Source: Eledone cirrhosa (lineage: Eukaryota). Taken from it: a stretch of 64,000 bases of DNA. Made by a program: the position numbers and the translations under genes. Shown piece after piece: positions 13,400-29,097 of this stretch. The DNA is taken from positions 244,528,001-244,592,000 of the forward strand of contig OZ024743.1 in assembly GCA_964016885.1 (NCBI GenBank). The letters run 5' to 3'. The notes beneath the pieces were generated by a model. It made no database searches. It was not told where the DNA came from and was given only the letters and a program-made list of their open reading frames with translations. Position 1 is the first letter of the stretch. Every line of letters begins with the position of its first letter.

Positions 13400-14210
13400 G
13401 TTGAAGCAAGTTAGTCCACCTTCACTTGGGTCACATGGAATAACTGTATACCAAGAGAAATTGTTGAATATTTGTTCACCTACTCTCAGGATGTTTTTAT
13501 TTTTACTGCTGAGTAGGAATATGATGTACTCCTTTCCCCCTTTACTGCTCAGTAGATGTTATTTGAGTGACACTCAAATACTCTCTGGACCTTTACACTC
13601 ATCCATCAGTTTAACATTGATCCTGGCAGTGTTATTGTTGATGTAGAAGTTACTAGTGGCGGTTAGTATCTTCCTAATTTTGATATCCAGACTATGGATC
13701 AAGTGCCCAATCTAATATCCTAAATGAGGATACTAACACGAGCAATGCAAAAGCATTGTGGTCTATGGTCTTACTGAATGCGGACAGCCCTGACCCATCG
13801 CCAAGCTTTGGTGTTTGGGAAGGAAATTGTTGGCCACACAACATTTTGGGTCGGCACTCTATTTTGCAAGGAACGTATTTCAGAACGTTCTTTTTTTTTT
13901 TGTATACTCTATTTTCGAAATCTGAGGGTGAATCATTGAAAAGAAGGAGGCAGTGCCATCCAGTACCCCCCAGCCCCCGGCGAAGGGCCCGCAATGGACG
14001 TGCGACAGCCATGACTTCCATACTTTTCGAAGTCTGCTGAGATATCTTTTGGTTCCTCTGGCCTTACACCCAGAACCGACAGTCTTATCAATTCCAAGAT
14101 ATCTATAGCATGTACCACGGGAGATAGACAGACTATTGATATACATATTCTTTCTTTTTCCCTCTCGGTTGAGTATCAAATATGAACACTTGTCCTGATC
14201 AAGCTTCATT
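13400..14210 (-). pseudogene. Decayed R4/Dong-like RT C-terminal fragment
   Basis: DKCSYL...YRYLG, HNAFALLVLVSSFRILDW, DIKIRKILT; several disruptions. Confidence 0.5.
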
Positions 14211-14214
14211 CCTA

Positions 14215-15850
14215 TGTCCTTTCCTTACCACCGTCTCCTCTACCGCTACAGCAACACCACCACACCCTCTCCTCCACTTCAATACCAACACCACTACTCT
14301 CTCCTCCACTTTAACACCCCCTCTACCACCTCTCCTTTACTCCAACACCGCCATCACATTCTCCTCTCCCCCAACACCAACACCACCACTACCACTTTTC
14401 GCTCCACACTAACACCACCACCATTCTTTCCTCAATACCAACACCACCTTCTCCTCTCCTCCAACACCACCACTCTTCCTTCCACTCTAACACCACCACC
14501 CACTCCTCAACAACAACTCCACCACCACTCTCTTTTCCACTCCAACGCTACCCTCCCTCCTCTCCAACGCGACCCTCTCCTCCACTTCAATACCACCATC
14601 ACGCTCTCCTCCGCTCCAACACAACCACTGCTCTCTCATCCTCACCACCCTCTCCTCCATTCAAACACCGACACCACCAATACCACCAACACCACCCTCA
14701 CTCTATTCGTCATTCACAACCCCACACTCTTCACTACATCAACACCACCATCACCCTCACCTCCACAGCAACACCACGAACACCCTTTCTTCCACACCAA
14801 CACACCATCATCACTGCCATCTGTTCGCCATCCACAACACCACCAACTCCTTCACTCCAACACCAACACCATCAACACTATCATCACTGCTCTCTGTTCA
14901 CCATCCCCGACACCTCCTTCCTTTTCACTCCAACACCACCGCCACCTCTTTATTCCCCATACCCTTTGTCCATTTACACCTGTGTTTGCCAACCTGAAGT
15001 AGATTTATTTACAGATTGAAACCCATACATAATGGTGGAGCTTTGGATATTGCAGGGAGGGCGTGGTGTATTGTGGTATGGTAGTGTATAATGAGGGTGT
15101 GGTATGATGGTGGGATGGGATGGGGTTGGATGTGGTGTGGTGAGACTTGGTGTGGTTGGGTGGAGTGTAGGTTGGTCAAGTATGGTGTGCTGTAGTGTGG
15201 CGGGGTATGATGTGGTCTAATAAGTGTGACGTGGAGTGATGTTGTGTAGTGTAGTTTAGGGTAGTGTTGTGTAGTGTAGTATCGTTTAGTGTAGTATTGT
15301 GCGATGTAGTGTAGTACGAAATAGTGTAGTGTTGTGCAGAGTTGTGTAGTATTGTGCAGTGTAGTATAGTGCGGTGATGTGTTGATAGCATGGTTTGGTG
15401 TAGTGTAGTGGAGGTGTGCAGTTAAGGCTAGTGTTAATGGCGTTGTTTGGTGTTGTATGGTGTAGTTTAGTGTAGTATTGTGTGGTGGATTGGCAGTATC
15501 GGTAGAGTGTCAGACGCCATGCTTTGCAGCATAGAGTTATGTCTCTTTACGTTCTCAGTTCAAATCCCGCCGATGTTCGCTTTGCCTTTCATCCTTACGG
15601 GGTCGATAAAATAAAGTACCAGTAATGCACTGGGGTAACTGATGGCCTTGTGCTGAAAGTAGAAACAATTATTGTGTGGTGTAGTAAGGTGTAGTGTGAT
15701 GTGGTGTAGTTTAACGTGGTGTGTTGTAGAGTTGTAATGAGTGGTGTAGTGTAGTGTTGTGTAGTGTGATGTAGTTTAGTGTGTTGTGTTCTTGTGGTTG
15801 TATTATAGAATGATGTAGTTTAGTATGGTATGGTGCAGTGCGGTATATTT
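14215..15850. repeat. Low-complexity (CAC/CTC) tract followed by a (GTGTA)-type tract
   Basis: Seen directly; interrupted by a SINE at 15486-15672. Confidence 0.85.
15486..15672 (+). mobile_element. Meta-domain-like SINE
   Basis: Close match to 13008-13190. Confidence 0.75.
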
Positions 15851-16149
15851 TCATGTGGATTGTTCTATTTAACCTCGGGTCAGCCTTGATCGAGCAGAAC
15901 TGTACTCAAAAGAAATCCAGGTCTGGCCATCCGGTTTTTTCCTATGCATTATATAACATTAGACAATGATAAATTTTTTGCTCACCACATATTTATTTCT
16001 AGGGTGTTGGTCACACGATCGTTAGGTTGTTGGTTAAATCCCCAGACTGGATAGTACGGTGTATCTTTGAGCAAAGCAATTCCTGTCTGATGCTTTCAAG
16101 CAACACTGCTTCTGTCCACTCAGCTGAAAATAAGCACCGTCGTGTGCTG

Positions 16150-16460
16150 GATCTCCGGTGGTTCCGAGAGTGAATATTCCAGTTGTTCGAACAACGGAAC
16201 AACCTGCACGTGAAATTAATGTGTAAGTAGCTGAATATTCTGCAGATTCGTGTACCCTTAACGTAGTTCTCAGGGAGATTCAGCGTGACACGAAGTGTGA
16301 CAAGGCTGTTTCTTTGAAGTACAACTTTTTTTTGTCAACTGAGTAGACTGGAGCAACGTGAAAAAAACAATGTCTTGAAGCATACAACGTGACTCTGAGA
16401 ATTGAACACACGAGCATACTATCGTGAGGCAAACACCCTCACCACTAAGCCACGCGCCTT
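16150..16460 (-). mobile_element. CORE-type SINE
   Basis: Colinear with 12105-12412. Confidence 0.75.
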
Positions 16461-16863
16461 AACCAACAACGTGCCTCTAACAAATTGCTAATTCGTAGCA
16501 ACCCACGAGCTGGTAATAATATACTAGGTTATCTACTCATCTACTCTGTATATCCACTTAACAATACTCGATACTTAGAAATCTTCGTTAGATAGTATCT
16601 CGTAAATCACCTTTTTCCCGTCACTATGTAATCAACATGGTAAGAAGTACCCGGCGAAGTCTTTGCCTCACCTTTTAACGCAATCATTTTATGAATCAAC
16701 GTTGAATTTATTACTTATATATTATCATCGATATTATAAGCTACTTCTTCCTCTTCCTCTTCACTTCTTGACGTCTTGATGGCTGCCAGCATGGAGCAGA
16801 GAGGTGTGTGAGAGAGAGAGAGAGAGCGAGAGGGGGGTGAGAGAGAGAGAGAGAGAGCGAGAG

Positions 16864-16921
<58 letters not shown>

Positions 16922-17935
16922 TGAAGAGAAGGAGGGAGTTATGAGTGAGTAGCATTGAAATACTTCATCGTATCCTAGTTCACTGTTTCATGGAACTTTA
17001 TCATTTATATAGCACTAAGTTAAGGAGCAAACCTCTATGCGGTCATTTGACCTGCTAGAAATAGCAGACAAATTCCCTCAAATTACATCCTAGTGTCTTA
17101 CATGAAAACAAAAATGATATAAATAAAAAGACGGGATAGTCACGGTTAGAACACCTTAGTCTACTCCCCAGGAAAGATAAAAACAACGACAGCAACATTT
17201 TATCAGTAATCTTACTGACGCTGTACAATTAAAAGTAAACTCGCTCTGAGCTGAGACAACCACCAGGATCGGGTTCTGGTTCAAGTCAGCCCACTCCTCC
17301 AAAAAATACAGTGAATTTAGGGTTAGTATGGGAGACAAGAGATCTTATCGATCTCAACCGTGATACTTTTATTTTTGTTTAGTGTTTAGTGAAGGAAGGA
17401 AAGGTAACGCCCATCACCCTTTTCAGGGCCTCCGAGACTGGTGGGAGGAAGGGAGAAAGGTATTCTCAAACTGGAGACCTGACCTGATTGCTTGAAACAA
17501 AGTAAACTCCACTAAAAGCATCTAAGGGCCAAGTACTAGTGTCAAAGTGGGTGACTGATTAAGTATACGACTCAAGTAAGCCACAACGGCTGTGGTAGAC
17601 TTCTACAGACAGGAGAAATTTTAAATAGGAATAAAAGAAAAAGAAGAAATGAATAGATAGATGGTTGTGGGATTACGTCAGCACCTCGACTTGCAGTGGC
17701 CCCGTCTATTGAATATATAAATCAGGGCACTCATCTACATGTACATACATGCACATATAGGTATGGAATATTGATATAGGTACATGCACAGATATACCTA
17801 TATAGCCGGGTGCACGCACAGACAGATGCAGACACCGCTACGGCCACACACACATATGCTAGCTTGAGGAAGATATATCCAAAGGCATCTCGTCAGCGCT
17901 CAACCATTCTACCAATTCATCACCTTGAAATTCTA

Positions 17936-18072
17936 CTTAATTTTATCGACCCCGAAGATATGATAGGCAAAGTTGACCTCGATAGGATTTGAACTAAGGA
18001 TGTAGAGAATCGGAACAAATACCGCAGGGCATTTTGTCCTGTGTTCTAATGACTTTTTTAATTCGTCACCTA
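17936..18072 (-). mobile_element. Meta-domain-like SINE
   Basis: ttttatcgacccc...ggcaaagttgacctc...tttgaact. Confidence 0.65.
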
Positions 18073-18659
18073 CAAAATGTCTCTGACGGGACTGAAACCG
18101 AAATCTCCAGCATGCAGTGTCGTATTCATCGGTCAACGGAGATATAGATTTGCCAGCTCTGTATTGCTGACACTAGAAAAGTTCGTGTTTCTTTTTTGTT
18201 GTTTTCTTATCTTGCTTTTTTTTTTTTTTAACAAACCACGTAACTTAATTACGATATACGGGCCTCTGAAATTATAGGTGACCTAACTAGCGAAGCGACC
18301 AAAATGGCTTATCCAGCTTTGCCAGCAGCTATCGCCACTTAATGAAGTCATTACTGCACCTTGGTGACTAATTACAGACAGGGACCTCTCTTCACCCCTC
18401 TACCTACTCTACCCCCCCCCCCCCCCCACGACCTCTGTTCTCGGTTAATCATCGTCATCATGAAACGTCTAGAAATAATATGGAATGGCTCATCAAAAAG
18501 CTGACCTTACCTTAGTGCTTGCACGATGTTCGTGTCTACTCGCGACTACATGGGCACCTAAAACCGTTAGTGAAAGCATATCAAGTCATTCCCGATTAAC
18601 AGTGACTGCTGCACTTTTCGAGTAAAACTTTTTTATAAAGTGTTTTTATTCTTAATAAT

Positions 18660-18868
18660 GTTAATGGTTTCTGATGTAGACACAAGGCCAACAATTCTGA
18701 GGGAATGGAAAGTCGATTAAAACAACCCCAGTACGTTACTGGTGCTTTATTTTATCGACTCCGTATGGATGAAAGGCAAAGCTAACCTCGGCGAGTTTTC
18801 TACTCAGAACGTAAAGGGCCGTCACACTATGCTGCGATGTATGTTATCCTACGCTCTACCGATTCTGA
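18660..18868 (-). mobile_element. Meta-domain-like SINE
   Basis: Same core and tRNA-like head. Confidence 0.65.
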
Positions 18869-19849
18869 AAAAAGACTATGTATTACGGAAACAATAGCCT
18901 GGCAAGATTTCTGATTGACACAAAATATATTAACTTTATCCATCAGATGAAATCCGCTGCTCAGTCTCCACTCAGTTCTATTCTATTAAATGTGATGGAT
19001 CCTCCGTCGGTTTCAATGATGAATATTTAGTAGTTTAATTAACTAAATGTCCGACTTGTTAAATTAACGTGTAACTGGCTGAATATTTCACAAACACGTA
19101 TGTCCTTATCGTAATCCTCCAGCAAAATCAGCCTGACACAATATGTGCCAGACTGGACGTTTGAATTAGTTATAAGTTTCATTCGATGGTTTTCCACACT
19201 ATTTCCATCTACCCAGTTTCACTCTCAAAGCTTGGAATGATCTGAGGCTATGATAAATACACTTGCTCAAAATGTTATACCGTCAAGCAAACTTCTTAAC
19301 AGCACCGCCATGTCTGCATTCCCATAAGATTTTTACATAGAACAGTTGACTGTTTTAGATTTGATGTTAAATATTTAGAGATTCTAATTTCAAATTAGAG
19401 TCAACTGAACGTTTCCACGTTCTGTCAGAGTCATCAAAACTGAATTGTTTTCGTTACTTAACCACTAGGACAGCCCCAACAGAACATAAGTATCACCAAA
19501 GATGTTCCACCTGTGACCACTCCGACATCAAGGACTACATTGACCATTGTTTTTTTTATTAGAGACAGTAGAGTGTTATCCAGTCAGGTTTGGATTCTAT
19601 TTCTAGTAGGACGAAAAACCAATTAGAGGTTTTTTCGATAGCTTGTCCTTATTTAAATCAAGTGTGAAAAGAATCCCTACCATTAATTAGAACGCGAAAT
19701 AAAGTCTTTATTAGTCTTAAAAAGGAGGTCAATGTTCATAACCTTTTATCTCGTCTTAAAATGGGAGACAGTCTTACATCGGGCAATGCTAATGTTATGC
19801 TAATTCCCAGTTTGAAGTATTTCATATTAGTAACTGAAGTACTAAAGAT

Positions 19850-20035
19850 AATTGTTTCTACTTTAGGCACAGGGCCAGCAATTACCCAGTTCATTACTGG
19901 TACTTTATTTTATCGACCCCGTAAGGATGAAAGGCAAAGTCAACCTCGGCGGGATTTGAACTCAGATCGTAAAGGGACGTAACTATGCTGGAAAGCTTGG
20001 CGTCCGACCCTCTACCGATACTGCCAATCCACCGA
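19850..20035 (-). mobile_element. Meta-domain-like SINE
   Basis: Reverse complement of the 13008-type element. Confidence 0.75.
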
Positions 20036-20269
20036 CTAAAGATAATGAGTTGAATTCATGGGCGTTTCTAAACTAAGGGAAAAGAGTTGGACAGAGATAA
20101 GGCATTACTCACTGAGTGATATTATTAGAAAGATATTTATCATGGCTACTCTATTTGGCAAATAAAAAATATGTGACCATTTAAGTTTTGAATATCTAAA
20201 TTAAAAAACACGATTTTCCAAAGTTTTAATACATTAATATTCGATAATTTTCTTGGGGATACTTGTATT

Positions 20270-20545
20270 GGACCTCCGTTGGCTCCGACGACGAGTGTTC
20301 CAGTTGCTCGAACAGTGGAAAAGACTAAGGATTCTCCAGACGCACTCTCCTTTAACGTAGTTCTTAAAGGGATTCAGCGTGAGTGATAAGACTGACTCTT
20401 TGAATTACAAGTAAAACTAATTTTTGCCAACTGAGTGAACTAGGACAATGTAAAGTAAAGTCTCTTGCTCAAGGACACAACGCGCTGCCAAGAATGGAAT
20501 TCGTGATTTTACGATTGTGAGGTGAACACTCTAATTCCTAAGCCC
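20270..20545 (-). mobile_element. CORE-type SINE
   Basis: Contains cttgctcaaggacac (reverse of GTGTCCTTGAGCAAG). Confidence 0.7.
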
Positions 20546-21332
20546 CTAGGATATAATTTCATGAATGTTTAGCATATATGTACAAATGAGTCGCATTATT
20601 AAATATATGAGTAATTTTAGAGAATAATTATTACAGGGACAAATGTAGGGTTAAAAACCAGGATCTTGTGATTGGAAAGCGAACTTCACATTTTACAACG
20701 TGACTGATATTCACACGTGTGTAAAATTTAAAGTATCACACACACATATATATATATATGACGTATTATTATGATTGATAATAGCGCACTTCCCTGTGGA
20801 AAGAATTTTAAATTAAACCCGACTGAATCAGAAAGTTGCAAATGTAATCGTAATCAATCAAATATTGAAACAAAAGGCAGTGTAGTGGATTAAGGGGACA
20901 AATCCCTCGACTAAGTCTTCTACAGGTGCAGTGATCCCTTATATTTGAGCATGTCGAATCAAGTAGTAAACGTTGCGGTGGGATCATCTTTGCCCACCTT
21001 AGAATATTTAAGTCTCCAGGCAATAAATAGTTGTCATCTTTATGTATATAAAAACCTAATTTATCTCTTCAAACAAGGCACTAAAATGATTTTTATTTAT
21101 TCCTCCGGAGATTCAATCGATTGACCGAGCCCAAAACAAAACTTCATGTTGTGTTAAGCTAAATAAAAAAAGAATGCACCTTTAATATCAATTGTGGTAT
21201 CTTGATTTTAAATATATTAGCGAAGTTATTTTTACGAGTAATATCTCTTAATAAGGTCAAATCTTTCTCCACTCAACTTATTTTTTCTCCACTCTTTTAT
21301 TTACTCATACATTTTTCGTTTCTTCTCTCCTG

Positions 21333-21720
21333 TGGCGGTGGTTTGACAGAATTGTTATAGAGTCGGACAAAATGATTTGTGCATTTGTTCTGGCTCTTTA
21401 TCTTGTGAGTTCAAATCCCGCCGATGTCAACTTTGCTTTTCATCATCCGGGGAACGATAAAATAAAGTACCAGGGTTGATATAACTGACTTCCTCCAAAA
21501 ACAGTTGCTGGCCTTGTGTCAATTTTAGAAAGGATTATTATTCACTCCTCTAAGATGATTGATTGGCAGAATCATTATGGTGTTCAGGAAAATACTTTAC
21601 AGTATTTGTTCCGGTATTTTACCTTTTGAGTTCAAATTCCGTCGAAATTAACTTTGTCTTTAATCCTTCCGGGATATCTGAAATAAGTACCAGTCGAGGG
21701 CTAGAGTCGATTTAATCAAC
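21333..21720 (+). mobile_element. Two tandem Meta-domain-like SINEs
   Basis: B-boxes near 21407 and 21628, each followed by the core. Confidence 0.65.
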
Positions 21721-21894
21721 TTTGCGCTCCCTCAACCCTCACTCTCTCCATTCATGTGAATCTGGAATTCGTAATACCCAAAGCGGTTAGAGCACTCAGT
21801 CCGAGGGACGAGTTGTGGTATACAGTTATTTATTTCACTAACAGATCCGGCTTACCGGAGAAGCTTGTTCCATTGATTTTGTCAATTCCCCAGT

Positions 21895-22100
21895 CCAATC
21901 GTTTTAAAAATTGTTTCTTTCATCACGAAAAAACCTTTAGGCATCCAAATAAGAAAACTTCCCATGAAACTTGCACGCCACGTTTGGATCCTCAAAGATA
22001 ATGACATGGATTTCTTCATTGCAGGGAGGATTCTGGAAAGATCTAGACCGCATTTAAATGGAACGAAGTCGTGTAATTTATGCACAGACAGAAAGATAGA
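21895..22100 (+). pseudogene. Decayed PLE endonuclease C-terminus (a lineage different from the 54 kb element)
   Basis: HEKTFRH.../LARHVWILKD...ILERSRPHLNGTKSCNLC resembles the L..HIW.LK...CNLC..EK tail of PLE GIY-YIG domains. Confidence 0.6.
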
Positions 22101-22199
22101 ACATCACCAAAAAGCTACTTATAGTGGTTTGTACAGTAAATATAATGATTACTGTATCTATTCTACAGCCTGTTGAACCTCAGCAAGGACTTTAGACAG

Positions 22200-22622
22200 A
22201 CAGTACATTTTGAATATATATGTGGTGCTCAACAAGGATTCTTTTGAAGGAGAGCAATTTGTTTCGAAGTCTATTTGTTCAGGAGACCCTCATAGTTTTA
22301 GTGGTATCAAACTGAAAGCTCCTATGACAACTAGAATTATTTTGGTGTTTTTAATCGGCATTAACAGCACTTGTGCAATTTCAATTTTCTTCAAGACTGT
22401 TTTAGTCTCCTGAATTAGTAACATCAATAATCTGGCCTTTACACCTATTTCTGTGCATAACTACAATATCATGTCTGTTGTGTTCAAGCCTGCGGTTCGT
22501 TTTGATAGGGAAGTCCCAAATTATCATGGATATCTGTCATCAAAGACACTTTCTGGGACATGTTGACCCCACTTACCGGACACCTGGTATCCATATTTTT
22601 TTGTACATTGACCAATGAAGGC
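22200..22622 (-). pseudogene. R4/Dong-like restriction-like endonuclease fragment
   Basis: CTKKYG..KWGQHVPESV and IIWDFPIKTNRRLEHNRHDIVV (WD...HNRPDIVV motif); abuts an (ATC)n(ATT)n tract. Confidence 0.65.
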
Positions 22623-22624
22623 AT

Positions 22625-22654
22625 TATCATCATCATCATCATTATCATCATCAC

Positions 22655-22709
<55 letters not shown>

Positions 22710-22930
22710 GCTGTTTTTGTTGTTATTGTTATTATTATTATTACAAGTAAACTCCATTCTATTCAATAAAATAAGTACACTATAATAAATTCGCTTCCAC
22801 GCATGCATGTAAGTACAAAAAAAACACCTGCTGACTTTAGCTGTTTGCAAAATATCACGAACAATAAAGACAGTATTTTCAATGACCTCCATAATAACAA
22901 CAATCACAACAGCAAGAACAACAACAACAA

Positions 22931-23006
<76 letters not shown>

Positions 23007-23035
23007 CACAATAGTAGTAGTAGTAGTAGTAGTAG
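22625..23035. repeat. Compound trinucleotide microsatellites
   Basis: (ATC)(ATT)(GTT) and (ACA)(CTA)(ATA)(GTA) runs. Confidence 0.9.
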
Positions 23036-23667
23036 AGTTTATATAAATAATACATTTAAAACTCATCTATAGAAGATGTCATTGAAAAAAAAAACTTAAC
23101 CTTACACAGACTTATGAGTGTTAACCCGAGTTTGGCACCTATCACATGGCTTTTAAGAAGATATGCTTTGTTTTGTCTGATTCTGTCGCATAAGCAGGAT
23201 TATATTTGTACTGACATACATACGTACATTATGAATGTATGTATGTATGTATGTATGTATGTATGTATGTATGTATGTATGTATGTATGTATGTATGTAT
23301 GTATGTGTGTGTATCTATGTATATGTATGTGTGTGTTTACGTATGTATATATATATATATAAACACATACACACTTACTAACTTAAATATATACATACAC
23401 ACATTTATGATGCATAATAAAATACATTTATACACACTCATACAAGTGTATGTGTATTTTTCTGTCAAACATTCCCTTGAGTCAGTTTTTTCGTTGTTCT
23501 GGTCCTAGCGGCTCGCATTTCGGTCGCTGGCTTACATTTGCATAGCTGTCTAAACGTAATGTTATAACCCTAGCGTAAAATTCCTTATTGAGAGCTTTTG
23601 GCTGCACTTCCCGACAGCATTCGTTAGCTTGCCCGCACCCAGAGCTTCGATTATGCTGTACTACCTT

Positions 23668-23741
<74 letters not shown>

Positions 23742-24107
23742 TAGGCATATATTTACATCTTTTTATGATACATTATAATAAAGAAAACATTAATGAGCAC
23801 ACGTATTCATACACGAACATACTTATAATAAATGTTCGGTGAATCCATACGTACATATATATGTGTCTGCATGTATGTATATATATACATACTACTGTAC
23901 ATATATGTATGTACGTATACATACTTATATTTAAGTAACAGCCGTACTAAGAGTGAGAAATGAAATTTCGTTTCATTTTTTCCATTTATCGTTTTCGGTA
24001 CGCCCGGCCGATTAACTCACTCGATATGCAAATTAGGCTGCTCAGCCGTTAATATGCATAAGGAAAGTATATACTTTCAGACGTTCAATCATCTGGCAGG
24101 AAGGTAT

Positions 24108-24150
24108 ACGGTGCTGACGATAGCTAACAAGCTTGAAACTAGTACATCGT
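24108..24150 (+). ncRNA. Type I minimal hammerhead ribozyme
   Basis: ACGGUG CUGACGA U AGCU AACA AGCU U GAAA CUAG UA CAUCGU; palindromic stem III ACUAGU. Confidence 0.8.
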
Positions 24151-24536
24151 TCATTTGTCAGTGTTGAACAAAAGGGCAACGATGGTTGCTAAACACTGTA
24201 CGGCTTAATTCGGGATGTTTGTTTACAAACACACCGAGCATTATAATAAATGTTCGGTGAATCCCTACGTACATATATATATGTGTGCATGTATGTAGAT
24301 ATATATACATACTACTGTACGTCTGTATACAATATATGTATGTACGTATATATACTTATATTTAAGTAACAGCCGTACTAAGAGTGAGAAATGAAATTTC
24401 GTTTCATTTTTCCATTTATCGTTTTCGGTGCGCCCGCCGATTAACTCACTCGATATGCAAATTAGGCTGCTCAGCCGTTAATATTCATAAGGAAAGTATA
24501 TACTTTCAGACGTTCAATCATCTGGCAAGAAGGTAT

Positions 24537-24579
24537 ACGGTGCTGACGATAGCTAACAAGCTTGAAACTAGTACATCGT
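24537..24579 (+). ncRNA. Type I minimal hammerhead ribozyme
   Basis: Identical to 24108-24150. Confidence 0.8.
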
Positions 24580-24759
24580 TCCTTTGTCAGTGTTGAACAA
24601 AATGGCAACGATGGTTGCTAAACACTGTACGGCTTAATTCGGGATGTTTGTTTAAAAACAAACCGAGCATTATAATAAATGTTCGGTAAATTCATACGTA
24701 CATATATATACTGTACGTCTGTATACATATATGTATGTACGTATACATACTTATATTTA

Positions 24760-26794
<2,035 letters not shown>

Positions 26795-27262
26795 TTTCGT
26801 TTCTGAATTTGTTTAGCAAGATTCTTTATCTGAAATCGTGTGTTGAAACCGATATTGTTATACTTTGGGAGGGTCATGTTGCCAATAAGAAATGATCAGC
26901 GAGAGCAAGGTTGAGTTCCGTGGGATTGATACCAGTGAGCTGGGACTTCTACCCATAGTAATAGTTACCTAGACACTTATGACCTTAGCAACCTGTGCCC
27001 TACAAGACCAGCAAGAGGCAGACCACCTACCATTACCTCAATGGCCAAGAAAACCCACACAGATAGATGGAACGGGTGGACCAGAGCCATACGGACACCC
27101 GAAAACCACGATGAACTGAAGAAAATGATTGCACATGAGGTAGGGGCCAGCATAAAATTAACCCTTAAGGAACATATGTTCAAATTTAATGGTAAAACAT
27201 ATGCCTAAGAGGAAGGAGCAGCCATTGGTGTTAGCATTGCAGGCGACATAGCTAACTTATTC

Positions 27263-28474
27263 ATGGTATGGTGGGACAGTAGACTTAAACAAAAACTTAA
27301 AGAACAATTAGAAGACAGCTTAACCCTGATAATGTACTCCCGCTACGTAGATGATATAAACATCGTAGTTAAGACACCCCCACTAAAGAACAGTCAGGAA
27401 CTAGAGAAAAACACAATGGAAAGCATCCAGCAAATAGCAAACTCCATCCACCAGAGCATTAGAGTTACTATAAACTACCCAAGTAGACACCCCAACCATC
27501 GATTACCTGTACTAGACACAGAGCTCTGGTTAGATATCATTAACAACCAAAAACAAATTCTCCATTCCCATTATGCCAAACCCATGACTTCCAAACATCT
27601 GATCCACCGAAACTCGGCCATTTCGGACCATACCAAAATCAACATACTGATTGCGGATTTGATACGGGTGATGAGAAATGTGTCCCGCATGTGCAACCCC
27701 GAAGAACTAGAGAGACACATACAACACTTCATCCACCGTATGCAGTTCTCTGGCTACAAACAGAGAGATAGAATCAGAGTGTATAGAGGAGCCAGAACCA
27801 AATGGGAAAAAATGGTAAATAATGACATAAATGGGACCTGCCCCTTGTATAGGAGCAAATTTTGGAATAGAATAGAAAGAACTAGGAACAAGGCCAATAG
27901 AATAAACTCATGGTATGATAGCAATAAATACCAGAGTGTAATGTTCATCAATACAACCCCTAGAGGCGAACTAGCCTATAAATTTAGAAGGGCCCTAAAT
28001 AAACATAAACTCAATATTAAGATAGTAGAAAGACCAGGTACCTCCGTAAAAACACTTATTAGCAAGACATACCCGTTCCAAAGACCCTCATGTATAGATA
28101 AGAAATGTATAACCTGTAAAATAAGCCCCCATATTAACTGTAAAACTAGAAATGTAGTGTATAGCATAAGATGTACTGAAGGACAATGTAGAAACAAAAA
28201 TATAGTGTACATAGGTGAGACAGCTCGTAGTATAGGGGAACGAATAAATGAACACTGGCGAGACCTTCAAGATAATAAAGAATCATCTGTGCTCTACCAA
28301 CATGCTAAGATAGAGCACAGGGGTAGATTAGAGAACATAGAAATAAAAATAGAATCCACACACAGAAAAGATGCAATGTTTAGGCAAATTACAGAGGCAG
28401 TAAGCATAAAAGAATTACAACCAAAATTAAATAGAAAATATGAGTGGAACAGCAACATCACAACCTACAATTAA
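27263..28474 (+). CDS. PLE RT C-half, Cys-rich linker and GIY-YIG endonuclease (truncated)
   Basis: YSRYVDDI, LPVLD, CIDKKCITC, NVVYSIRC..C..YIGETARSIGERINEH, RQITEA, LN; an upstream stop and deletion disrupt the frame. Confidence 0.9.
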   Translation: MVWWDSRLKQKLKEQLEDSLTLIMYSRYVDDINIVVKTPPLKNSQELEKNTMESIQQIANSIHQSIRVTINYPSRHPNHRLPVLDTELWLDIINNQKQILHSHYAKPMTSKHLIHRNSAISDHTKINILIADLIRVMRNVSRMCNPEELERHIQHFIHRMQFSGYKQRDRIRVYRGARTKWEKMVNNDINGTCPLYRSKFWNRIERTRNKANRINSWYDSNKYQSVMFINTTPRGELAYKFRRALNKHKLNIKIVERPGTSVKTLISKTYPFQRPSCIDKKCITCKISPHINCKTRNVVYSIRCTEGQCRNKNIVYIGETARSIGERINEHWRDLQDNKESSVLYQHAKIEHRGRLENIEIKIESTHRKDAMFRQITEAVSIKELQPKLNRKYEWNSNITTYN

Positions 28475-28682
28475 GGACAAAATGAAAACACACACACACA
28501 CATAGAACAAACAACCAACCAACAATAAATAAATAAATAAATAAACAAATAGATAAATGAACACAAACACACACAGACACCCGGATGTGGCGCATGCGCA
28601 AACTGAGCACACAACACACACAGAAACAAAATGGCGTAGGATAGAAGAAAGGAAAGGCACAGAAACAAAGAAAGGAATCCCC

Positions 28683-28727
28683 AGTCACTGAAGAGGTCAC
28701 AGAGTGTGTGACGAAAGGACTATGACT
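28683..28727 (+). ncRNA. Type I minimal hammerhead in family-2 pLTR
   Basis: AGUCA CUGAAGA G GUCAC AGAGUGU GUGAC GAAA GGAC UA UGACU; homologues near 29615-29662 (-), 44333-44376 and 59611-59655. Confidence 0.75.
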
Positions 28728-28881
28728 ATATATAAACAACTATCTGGTTGTGGAACCAACCAACCAACCAGAAATTTATAAGTTTGTAAATTTATAAATT
28801 TATAAATATATAATAAATTGAAGTGAAAGCAACTGGTGCGTGTGTTTCTTATTGGCAACATGACCCTCCCAAAGTATAACA

Positions 28882-28977
<96 letters not shown>

Positions 28978-29097
28978 CGACGAACGAATGAGGACGTTTC
29001 TTTCGTATTCGTCTTATTCGGGAAACCTCTGGTAATGAGGTAATTATATTGTATTGTTTATTATACATTATATATATATATACATATATATATATTT

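Larger units (their letters stand above)
23823..24757 (+). mobile_element. Tandem 429-bp HHR-bearing non-coding unit (retrozyme/pLTR-like), about 2.2 copies
   Basis: Direct repeats with one hammerhead per unit. Confidence 0.75.
26795..28883 (+). mobile_element. PLE family 2, 5'-truncated with inverted pLTR tail (26795-26893)
   Basis: RT/GIY-YIG body; pLTR ends in the ORF start ATGACCCTCCCAAAGTATAACAAT; (TA)n on both sides. Confidence 0.9.

Noticed and set aside
14214-15002. 262-aa Thr/Pro/His-rich ORF (mucin-like)
   Set aside because: Low-complexity CAC/CTC repeat with no splice or domain support.
12330-21720. tRNA genes
   Set aside because: A/B boxes are SINE heads followed by SINE cores; no complete cloverleaf.
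22524-23072. Poly-N/T/S ORFs
   Set aside because: Trinucleotide microsatellites; only the portion below 22622 is LINE-derived.
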